This document shows, piece by piece, positions 8,976 through 16,873 of a stretch of DNA of 44,755 bases. The position numbers and the translations under genes were made by a program. The notes below the pieces were generated by a model that was given only the letters and a program-made list of their open reading frames with translations, did not search any database and had not been told where the DNA came from. Origin of the DNA: Candidatus Thermosaccharophagus tengchongensis (GTDB lineage: Bacteria; Armatimonadota; Fervidibacteria; Fervidibacterales; Thermosaccharophagaceae). Within the stretch, counting starts at the first letter, position 1. Each line of letters begins with the position of its first letter. The stretch is taken from NCBI GenBank assembly GCA_032161105.1, contig JAVHTD010000020.1; one strand, written 5' to 3'.

Positions 8976-11009
8976 TTAAATCCAGAATATGACATTGCCC
9001 TGCTTGCCAGTGATAGCATCTATGGTCAACCAAATGGCGTTGCATGAGAACTGACCGAGCACAAGACCCAAGAAGAATGGGCGCGCACGAACATATGCAC
9101 TCATTCCGCCATAGCGCAGCAACAACCCCTTAATCATCCACGCGAGGAAACAGGTCAACCAAATTTGATCCATCAGCCAGATGGTGGCAACACAGAATCC
9201 AATCGGATGAAATGGCCACCACATCCATTGCCGTCTGGCTATCGCGAGAAGAAGCGTTATGATTGCGCCGGCTAACTTCACCCAATATCCGGGGAGGAAG
9301 ACGCCCGGCATCGTGGTCAACTTGCCGTGAATGTAGTCATATGGCACCCTCGGACCTTGCACAAGATACCATTGGTTCAGGTTCACACCGCCATACTTAT
9401 AGCCAAGATGGAGCATTGTCAGGCATGATGTAACAAGGGTTATGATGGCTGAGGTATACATGCAGAAGAAGAGCGGCGGGCGGTTGATGCGCATCTGAGT
9501 GGCTATCTTGAGCCCGTGTGCTGCTGATGCCATGACATTCGTCCTAATGTCGGCGCACCAAACATAGGTGAGGGCAAGCGAGGCAAGTCCTTTCGGTCCA
9601 ATTGGGGAGACCCCGAGGGTTGACACTGTCATTGGCGGTGCAATGGCAGGCGCAACTGCTTCCCCCAAGCCCGACTCAACAACTATGCGGACGAGCCCGA
9701 TGAAAAAGATGAAGGCGTATCCGAGGAAGATCGGAATGACGGGCCATGGCAACCCGCTCATGGCAAGCCAAACTGACATGATGATGAAGCCGATGAGCAT
9801 CCCAATAAAGGCAATGTGAGGCGGTATCATTTCGTCCTTGCTTTCTTTCCCATTGGACAGGCGCGGTCTGAGTGAGCTTTTTACGACATCAATCAAATAG
9901 CCACGCGCATTCCAAAACGCGAGTGCGACGAGCGTCAGCAGAGCGCCAGTCCCAAGATGCTTGTATGGCACATATGGAGCGCCGTATGTCCCCTGATCCT
10001 CTCGCATCTCTATCCCGTAAACGGTGAGCAGACCGCGAACAAGCAGACCAACGAGGTTGAAAAACCAGAGGCTGAATGCAACATCAAGGTTGACGAGATA
10101 GAAGAAGCCGAGCATGGGGAAGCTCAGGCGAAATGTTATTGAGACAAGTTGCCTGAACCATTCAAGCGGGAACGAGCGCGCAAGCACAACCTTTGGGACT
10201 TGCGGGAAGTAGAAATTCAACCCGATGAGGGAGCTTACGAAAAAGGGTATTGCAAAGCCAAGCCATAGCATCCTGTTCTGAAAGAATGGGGCGATGGTGT
10301 GGGAGCTCTCCCTATGGCACATTTCAAGCGGCAGATGAACAAGCGGATAAACCAACCGCTCATGCTCAACCCACTGTCGTCTCAGCAGAACACTTATGCA
10401 AATCATGGTGAAGTAAAGCGCAAGCAGGAAGGGCAGCCACGCAAGCAGCACCGGAAGCCACACCTCAGCATATGGTATCTGCCACAGCCTCATCTTTGAG
10501 GCGCCCGCATAACCCTCAAAGAAGTCTCGCACCGCTTGGAAGTCGTTTGGGATGAGCCACTTCGGCAAGTTCGGCAGGATGGTTGTATCCCAACCGAGTT
10601 CGGGGTTAACTTTAGCCCTGTATACTGGTGTCGCAATGACGGGGACTAATTGTGCCCCCAATCCCATGCTGCTTATAGCGCATGCGATTATGCTCATGAT
10701 GTAGATGAGCGATAGCTCCTGCGGGTTTAAAGTGAGCTTCGGCGAGATGAAGCGCAACACCAAATTGATTGGAAGGGAGAAGAGGAAGAGCGCAACTATA
10801 GCTGCGGGCGTTGTGAAGTCAAGCGCCATGTATGAGCCCCTGATGACATGCGTGCCGTATTGGTCGCAAATGGCAATGCCGATGGCGCTTATCAGCCCAA
10901 GCAGTATTGCCCTCGCTGTGAATGCACCGCGCACGGCTCCTTCCAACTGAGTGTCCTTCAACTGCGATACTGAATGGCTATCCCACGCCAGCTTGCCCAC
11001 CCGCTTCAC
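8976..11009 (-). CDS. Polytopic membrane protein, DUF6785/DUF6784-like (putative transporter)
   Basis: 677 aa, highly hydrophobic, with RRQWVEHERLVYPL, WWPFHPIGF and LLRYGG...ARPFFLGLVLG, as recalled for this family. Confidence 0.72.
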   Translation of the reverse strand: MKRVGKLAWDSHSVSQLKDTQLEGAVRGAFTARAILLGLISAIGIAICDQYGTHVIRGSYMALDFTTPAAIVALFLFSLPINLVLRFISPKLTLNPQELSLIYIMSIIACAISSMGLGAQLVPVIATPVYRAKVNPELGWDTTILPNLPKWLIPNDFQAVRDFFEGYAGASKMRLWQIPYAEVWLPVLLAWLPFLLALYFTMICISVLLRRQWVEHERLVYPLVHLPLEMCHRESSHTIAPFFQNRMLWLGFAIPFFVSSLIGLNFYFPQVPKVVLARSFPLEWFRQLVSITFRLSFPMLGFFYLVNLDVAFSLWFFNLVGLLVRGLLTVYGIEMREDQGTYGAPYVPYKHLGTGALLTLVALAFWNARGYLIDVVKSSLRPRLSNGKESKDEMIPPHIAFIGMLIGFIIMSVWLAMSGLPWPVIPIFLGYAFIFFIGLVRIVVESGLGEAVAPAIAPPMTVSTLGVSPIGPKGLASLALTYVWCADIRTNVMASAAHGLKIATQMRINRPPLFFCMYTSAIITLVTSCLTMLHLGYKYGGVNLNQWYLVQGPRVPYDYIHGKLTTMPGVFLPGYWVKLAGAIITLLLAIARRQWMWWPFHPIGFCVATIWLMDQIWLTCFLAWMIKGLLLRYGGMSAYVRARPFFLGLVLGQFSCNAIWLTIDAITGKQGNVIFWI

Positions 11010-11049
11010 TCCCGACGGCTAAGCGCAGTTATTCCTCACCAGCACGATG

Positions 11050-12138
11050 TCACTTTAGCCTCTCAACGCTCCATCCAAGCCACCTGTGGACGATGTCACT
11101 TAAGTTGCTCCTTTTGACATGCTCCAAGTTTGCGATGCGCATCACGATTTGGGCAGCAATGCCCAACGATTGTTGTATGCCCCTCGTCACATTCAAACGG
11201 CATGCCGGATGGACCTGAACAATTACCTCGCCAGTTTGATTTAACGCCCTCACAAGAAAGCGCTGTTGCATCTTCCCCTCAACACAAAGCATGGATAAGA
11301 GCAAGCCATTATCCTCTCGCTCAACAAAAACTTCCTCGCATTTGATCACCAGCATTGGCTGTTGAACCCATATTCCCACTTCAATGCCATTGGCTACTTT
11401 GCGCCAATCATCCACTTGACCTGCAATGACCACATGCGGCATGGGTAAGGATGCCTCCAAATGAGCCAATGGATAATACAGCGAAACCCACTCTGGCAGT
11501 TCATAATGGCTTGTCTTCGCAAAACGAAGCAGGTATATTAAGCGCCCCTGTGCCACCCACTTGCGGTAATACTTTGTGGCATATCCATCAGGCACACCAA
11601 TGCAAAGCCCATCGTCACCAACTGCTGGAGAAAAAGACCCAATGGAGCACAGAAGCTCTTTTGCGCTCATAGCGTATGAATGCGAGTCAGTAACCATCAT
11701 AAATATGCCACCAACGCGAAGCCTTGAAGCGAGGAGGCAAATAAAAGGCTTATCAACCAACCGCCTGTGAGAGTGCTTCGGCTTTTCCCATGGATCGGGG
11801 AAGTTCAAATAAACCGCACTCAAAGAGGACGGCGGAAAAAGCTTTGAAAGGCATGTTCCACCTTCGCCATGAACCAAAAGCACATTTGTCAACCCGCTTG
11901 ATGCGACTTTATTCCTCGCCTTGCGCAGGTAATGCATGGAAAGCTCAACGCCGACGAAGTTGCGCTCAGGGTGCATTGATGCCATGTTGACGATGAATTC
12001 CCCATTGCCAATGCCTATCTCAAGCTCAATCGGCGCGTCTCGTCCAAACAGCCCGCACCATTTTGGGCGAACTGGCATGTCAAGTTCACTGATGACGATG
12101 TCACTCACCGAAAGCATGTTGCATCCCTGAATGGACAT
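11050..12138 (-). CDS. trmB: tRNA (guanine-N7)-methyltransferase TrmB with long C-terminal extension
   Basis: ELEIGIGNGEF, GVE, LNFPDPWEKPKHSHRRL, VTD and TKY. Start uncertain (12156, 12138 or 12117). Confidence 0.9.
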   Translation of the reverse strand: MSIQGCNMLSVSDIVISELDMPVRPKWCGLFGRDAPIELEIGIGNGEFIVNMASMHPERNFVGVELSMHYLRKARNKVASSGLTNVLLVHGEGGTCLSKLFPPSSLSAVYLNFPDPWEKPKHSHRRLVDKPFICLLASRLRVGGIFMMVTDSHSYAMSAKELLCSIGSFSPAVGDDGLCIGVPDGYATKYYRKWVAQGRLIYLLRFAKTSHYELPEWVSLYYPLAHLEASLPMPHVVIAGQVDDWRKVANGIEVGIWVQQPMLVIKCEEVFVEREDNGLLLSMLCVEGKMQQRFLVRALNQTGEVIVQVHPACRLNVTRGIQQSLGIAAQIVMRIANLEHVKRSNLSDIVHRWLGWSVERLK

Positions 12139-12139
12139 G

Positions 12140-12922
12140 TCACTCACCCGTGCCAACCCTCACCCATCCGCTCATTGCTTTGTATTCATCAACTGATACG
12201 AGCTCTCGTCCGACATATTTACCCTCAATGGAGAAAAGGCGGTATGTGCGCACAGTGCATCCGCGCATTCCTTCAGCGGTGCGCACGACTTTCCCGCGCC
12301 TCAGCTCACGGTCGTATGTCACAATCGGCGTTGGCGGGTCACGCCATTTAACCTCGCTCTCAACAATGCACTTCACCTTTGTGCGGACACTGCTGAGCAA
12401 GCGGCATTGAAGTGCATCACCCTTTGTGCGGAACTCAATCCGAACCGGTTCATCATATGGATTGCGCAGTTTCAAGTCGGCAATGCCGTGCGCTACGGCT
12501 GCATCCCTACCGGGTGGGACATAAGTTGGAAGCCACTGGTGCGGATGGCGTTCAATGACCTCAAGACCCGCAAGCAACGCTGCGTTGTAAAGAGTTGAAG
12601 ATGTCTGGCACACTCCGCCCCCGTATGCGAGAACCATCTCGCCGCCATAACTCACCGGCGCTCGCTTATACCCACGATCGCTCGTCCAAGGTCCGACAGC
12701 CTCGTTAAACGAGAATACACTGTGCGGTGGTATGACCTTGCCGTTGAGTGCCTGTGCAGCGAGCCTTGCATTGTGCCTTTGTGCTTTCGTCCTGCCATGA
12801 AAGCTGGTTGAGAAATTGCCGAGTTCATACTCGCGTGGCTGGCTCATAATAAGGGAGACTACGCAAATCATGCTTATGCCCACTGCAACTGCTGCACAGA
12901 CTGAAGCGAAACGATTCATCAA
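12140..12922 (-). CDS. VanW-family exported protein with C-terminal G5-like domain
   Basis: N-terminal signal/TM segment, then FSFNEAVGP, GGGVCQTSSTLYNA, ERHPH, GRDAAV and DLKLRN. Confidence 0.87.
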   Translation of the reverse strand: MMNRFASVCAAVAVGISMICVVSLIMSQPREYELGNFSTSFHGRTKAQRHNARLAAQALNGKVIPPHSVFSFNEAVGPWTSDRGYKRAPVSYGGEMVLAYGGGVCQTSSTLYNAALLAGLEVIERHPHQWLPTYVPPGRDAAVAHGIADLKLRNPYDEPVRIEFRTKGDALQCRLLSSVRTKVKCIVESEVKWRDPPTPIVTYDRELRRGKVVRTAEGMRGCTVRTYRLFSIEGKYVGRELVSVDEYKAMSGWVRVGTGE

Positions 12923-13080
12923 AATGGCACCTCGCTTCGTCTCTAACCGATGCAGCGGGAAACCGGGTTTGAGTCACCATAAAAGTTAGCGCAATGCATT
13001 GGCGGAATGCTGGCAGCATGATAACCTATGCCAAGGAAGGAGCGCTGTGGCATCCAAAATGGAGGGCGGAGGTGACAGGC

Positions 13081-13956
13081 ATGTTCGCATCAGTGCGAGA
13101 TGCAATTATCACAAGCGCAGGCTACGAAAGATTGATTGACGGGTTAAAGGACATAGATGTGTGGGCGATTGAACTCAACATTGACAGGCGACTCATGGTG
13201 GCGTCGCTCACCGAACCCAACGGGGCTGTCAGAATTGCAACCGATGAGGATATTGAGGCGTATAGAGGTGAGTTGGAGAGGAATGGCGTGAGGGTGAGCG
13301 CGCTTCTCCTCTCAAATAACTTCGGTGCCGATGATATTGAGAGCGAACTGAAATGGGTTATTGAGGCGATTAAGTGTGCTCACAAGCTTGGATGCATAGC
13401 TGTGCGAATTGACTCAGCGATGAGCAAGGAGCGCGAAATGACATTTGATGAGCGCGTTAAGCGCTTTTGCGACTGCCTGAAAAGGGTGATTGAGGAGACG
13501 GAGGAAACTGGCATGCCACTTGGAATTGAGAATCATGGCTACCAGGGAAACGATCCCGAATTCCTGCAAGCCGTAATTGATGGCGTTGGCTCTAAAAGGT
13601 TAGGGGTGACGCTTGATACCGGCAACTTTTACTGGTATGGTCATCCGCTCTCAACTGTCTACGAAATTGAGCGCAGGTTTGCACCGCTGACGAAGCACAC
13701 GCACTTGAAGAACATCCGATATCCAGAGGAAATGCGAGAAAGGCAGCGTGAGGTCGGATGGCGATATGGCGAATTCGTGTGCCCATTGCCGGATGGCGAT
13801 ATTGACCATGCCATCATTGTGCGCTATTTGAGCGAGGCGGGCTACAACGGCGACCTGTGCATTGAGGATGAATCGTTGGGCAAGTTCACCCCGCAGGAAC
13901 GGAAAGCAGTCCTCAGGCGTGATGCTGAGTATGTTAAATCGCTGCTCTCAAAGTGA
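13081..13956 (+). CDS. Sugar phosphate isomerase/epimerase (xylose isomerase-like TIM barrel)
   Basis: Metal-binding pattern IENHG, LDTGNF, HTHLK and IEDE. ATG 13081 follows GGAGGTGA. Confidence 0.85.
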   Translation: MFASVRDAIITSAGYERLIDGLKDIDVWAIELNIDRRLMVASLTEPNGAVRIATDEDIEAYRGELERNGVRVSALLLSNNFGADDIESELKWVIEAIKCAHKLGCIAVRIDSAMSKEREMTFDERVKRFCDCLKRVIEETEETGMPLGIENHGYQGNDPEFLQAVIDGVGSKRLGVTLDTGNFYWYGHPLSTVYEIERRFAPLTKHTHLKNIRYPEEMRERQREVGWRYGEFVCPLPDGDIDHAIIVRYLSEAGYNGDLCIEDESLGKFTPQERKAVLRRDAEYVKSLLSK

Positions 13957-14168
13957 GCTGTATTGCAGCTGAGCAGGGACGATTGGCAGGCTGGAGCTGT
14001 GTGGGTAGCGTGTCTCCTCTTCAAGCGGGGCGATTGCGCCGGAGCAATTGATGCGCAACTTGCAAATGCGCATGCGCTGAGGGCATCTTTGAGCGGCTGC
14101 TCGGAGGAAATGAATGGCTCTTTTTGGAACTGCGGGGTATAGCTCTGTGTCCAAGTTGATGGAGTTTA

Positions 14169-15116
14169 ATGGGATTGCTTCCAGAGCGTGCGAAGGTGAG
14201 CCGATTTATGCCTGCAAGGTATTCAATCATCATCCTGAATCACGACAAAGCTGCATACACGAGGGCTTGCCTTGCGAGCTTACTCATAAGCGCCGACGCG
14301 AATTTTGAAGTCGTGCTCGTTGACAATGGTTCAAGGGACTCAACACCGCAGGTCCTATCGTGGTTTAAAGGGGTCGCAAGCGAGCGCGGGATCAATTGCG
14401 AGATCATTCGGTATGAGGAGAATGTTGGGGCGGTCGTCGGACGAAATGAAGCTATGAAGATTTGCAACGGCAAATTCTTTGTCTTCATGGACAACGATGT
14501 GATGGTCAAGGACAGGCTATGGCTGTCAAAATTAGAAGCCGCCTTGAATGCGGACGAAAGGCGCGGTATAGTCAGCGGCAAGATGCTTTTCCCATGGGAA
14601 CCATATGCTATTGAGTTTGCAGGTGGTGCAGTCAGCCCTCAGGGTAGAGTCGGCTATTTGGGGCGCGGCAAGGACAGACATGCACCGGAGCACAACATTG
14701 AGCGCGAATGCCAATGCCTAATAAGCGCATGTATCATGCTCAAGCGAGAGCTCATTGAGGATGTCGGGATGCTTGATGAGGCATACAGCCCAGTTCAGTA
14801 TGAGGACATTGACTTATGCTACAGGGCGAGACAGAAGGGGTGGAAGGTATGGTATACGCCGCATGTTGAGATGTGGCACTTTGAAAATGTGACGACAGCC
14901 GGCTCCGCCGACCTAAAGTTTCGCTACCTGACAATCCGCAACGGGCTAATCTTCAAGAACCGATGGAGACACATGTTTGAGAGGGAGAACGGTCCATCAG
15001 ATGAGGAGTTGAGGTGGCGCGAGTTGCCCAAAAGGAGCGTTGAGGAGGTTTTTGGCGAAGCGCTATGGGACGACGAAGCGCTGCTGCGCAAATTGATTGA
15101 GCTATCACAGGTGTGA
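14169..15116 (+). CDS. Glycosyltransferase family 2
   Basis: SIIILN, VDNGSRD, NVGAVVGRN, DxD motif FMDND and YEDIDLCYR. Alternative start at 14208. Confidence 0.9.
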   Translation: MGLLPERAKVSRFMPARYSIIILNHDKAAYTRACLASLLISADANFEVVLVDNGSRDSTPQVLSWFKGVASERGINCEIIRYEENVGAVVGRNEAMKICNGKFFVFMDNDVMVKDRLWLSKLEAALNADERRGIVSGKMLFPWEPYAIEFAGGAVSPQGRVGYLGRGKDRHAPEHNIERECQCLISACIMLKRELIEDVGMLDEAYSPVQYEDIDLCYRARQKGWKVWYTPHVEMWHFENVTTAGSADLKFRYLTIRNGLIFKNRWRHMFERENGPSDEELRWRELPKRSVEEVFGEALWDDEALLRKLIELSQV

Positions 15117-15148
15117 TTGGTCACATGCGTCATTGGAGGGGTGCTCTC

Positions 15149-15409
15149 ATGACGCAGGACGAAATTAAGGCAAGGCTAAAGAACATGCTTATTGAGCGTC
15201 TCTTCCTCAACCTCACCCCAAACGAGATTCCGGATGACCAACCGCTTATGGAAACACTTGGCATTGACTCCGTAGCGCTGTTTGAGGTCGTAGTTGGACT
15301 TGAGGATGAGTTTGGGATAACGCTTGAGGAATCGGAGTTTGACATCTCGCTGTTCCGAGACATAAACACAATGGCTCAATTTGTTGAGGGCAAACTTCAA
15401 GCGGGGTAG
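15149..15409 (+). CDS. Acyl carrier protein (phosphopantetheine-binding)
   Basis: 86-aa acidic protein with LGIDSVALFEVVVGLEDEFGI (attachment Ser in DS). ATG 15149 follows GGAGGGG. Confidence 0.9.
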   Translation: MTQDEIKARLKNMLIERLFLNLTPNEIPDDQPLMETLGIDSVALFEVVVGLEDEFGITLEESEFDISLFRDINTMAQFVEGKLQAG

Positions 15410-15523
15410 TGGGCATCACCTGTGCATCCACTTTGTCGCAATAGCTCGCCAAGCTGTGCGCAAGAAAAATATGGCGGGGATTTTCAAGCATAAGCTATTA
15501 GCGCCGCATCGCTCCACCTCTGC

Positions 15524-15868
15524 TTACCTCTCAATCTGCACCGGCATTGCCGGCTTAAACATGCTGACTTGCCCAAAGCCAAATCTCTTCCCGTCAATAG
15601 CTTTGACATCAACTGGCATAGGGTCATCTCTGGCTCCGACTGGCAATGGCTCACCATAACCGATTGAGCGTTTGCCAACGGAGCGTATGTCAACTGGCAG
15701 TGGTTCACCATACGAGATTGAGCGCCCACCAATGCTGGAGATGTTAACATCAACCGTCGTGCGTTGCGCCTGTGCGCAGCTGATGCTCGCATAAAGGATG
15801 CATCCGCCAAGCCAAAACATGGCGACCACAAGCGCAACAGCCCATATACGCCAAAATGGGCAATCCAT
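15524..15868 (-). CDS. Small secreted hypothetical protein with 18-aa tandem repeats
   Basis: GAGGTG RBS, hydrophobic N-terminus ending AQA, and repeated (V-D/N-I)...G.RSI.YGEPLP units. Confidence 0.7.
   Translation of the reverse strand: MDCPFWRIWAVALVVAMFWLGGCILYASISCAQAQRTTVDVNISSIGGRSISYGEPLPVDIRSVGKRSIGYGEPLPVGARDDPMPVDVKAIDGKRFGFGQVSMFKPAMPVQIER
15639..15724. repeat. 54-bp-period direct repeat inside the secreted protein gene
   Basis: ACTGGCAATGGCTCACCATAACCGATTGAGCG (15639-15670) versus ACTGGCAGTGGTTCACCATACGAGATTGAGCG (15693-15724). Confidence 0.85.
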
Positions 15869-15946
15869 TTTCATCACCTCTAAACGCAGGCGTTGGTGCC
15901 CCTCACGGGTCATGCAACTCATGTTGCCTCGCTCCCAACCAGCAGC

Positions 15947-16873
15947 TTATTCTGCAAGTGGCGCGGCTTTGTTGGCTTTTGGGATGCGCTTCAAGGTTGC
16001 GTCAAAGACATGGTGGACTTGCCCGCGAATGCACAGCTTGCCAGAAGCGTTCATGAAGACATCAAGTGAGCCGCCTTTAAATGTGACTTTGACAACGCCA
16101 TCAAGCAAGCCCAATTTGAGACCAGCTGCAACAACGGCGCAAGCGCCAGTCCCGCATGAAAGTGTCTCACCAACAGCTCTTTCGTAACTTCGCACGAGGA
16201 CCTCGCTTCCGCTTTTCACCCTCGCCCACATGACGCTCGTTCTCTGCGGAAATAGCGGATGAGCCTCAATTGCAGCGCTGACCCTCTCCCAGATGCCGTC
16301 ACCAACATCATCATCCAAGAAGATGACGACATGTGTGCTGCCAGTGTTTACGGGGATACACTTCAGGCGCATTCCTAATATGTCCATTGCTACCTCCATT
16401 GGCTCATCCACATTATCTGCGCTACCCGTGAGCGCCTTACAAGCTGCCATTGGTATTTCACTTGGACTCCACTTGGGTTCAACGAGTTCGGCTTCAACGA
16501 TGAATTCAATCGGGGCAGGATTGACCACTCTAACAGTTGAGGTGCCCCAAATTGTCCTCACAACAAACGACATTGGTGCGCTGCCAAACTCCGAATAAGC
16601 CCTGTCGTAAGCAAAGCGCGCCGCACACATCAACCCGTTGCCACAACCATCCTCAGTCCCATCTGGGTTAAACATGCGCATCTCAAAATCGCAACCATCA
16701 GGGCTCTCCAAGATAAGGGCGAGCAAGCCATCCGAGCCAATGCCATACCTGTGCCGACATAGCGAGACCGCCAACTTCCTCCAATCATGTTCATCGCGTG
16801 AGCGTGCGCCAATTAGGACGAAGCTATTTCCAGCTACATGATATTTGCTGACCTTGAGCGGCAACTTTACCAC
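15947..16873 (-). CDS. dapF: Diaminopimelate epimerase family protein
   Basis: KYHVAGNSF, GIGSDG, RMFNPDG, catalytic CGNG and ERAVGETLSCGTGACA. Some substrate-site motifs deviate (see findings). Confidence 0.85.
   Translation of the reverse strand: MVKLPLKVSKYHVAGNSFVLIGARSRDEHDWRKLAVSLCRHRYGIGSDGLLALILESPDGCDFEMRMFNPDGTEDGCGNGLMCAARFAYDRAYSEFGSAPMSFVVRTIWGTSTVRVVNPAPIEFIVEAELVEPKWSPSEIPMAACKALTGSADNVDEPMEVAMDILGMRLKCIPVNTGSTHVVIFLDDDVGDGIWERVSAAIEAHPLFPQRTSVMWARVKSGSEVLVRSYERAVGETLSCGTGACAVVAAGLKLGLLDGVVKVTFKGGSLDVFMNASGKLCIRGQVHHVFDATLKRIPKANKAAPLAE

Noticed and set aside
12140..12922. Vancomycin resistance locus
   Set aside because: The VanW domain is widespread and no vanA/B/H/X/R/S genes are present.
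13957..14168. Short ORFs and the GCGCATGCGC palindrome in the gap before GT2
   Set aside because: No RBS-supported ORF. A 10-bp GC-rich palindrome is expected by chance.
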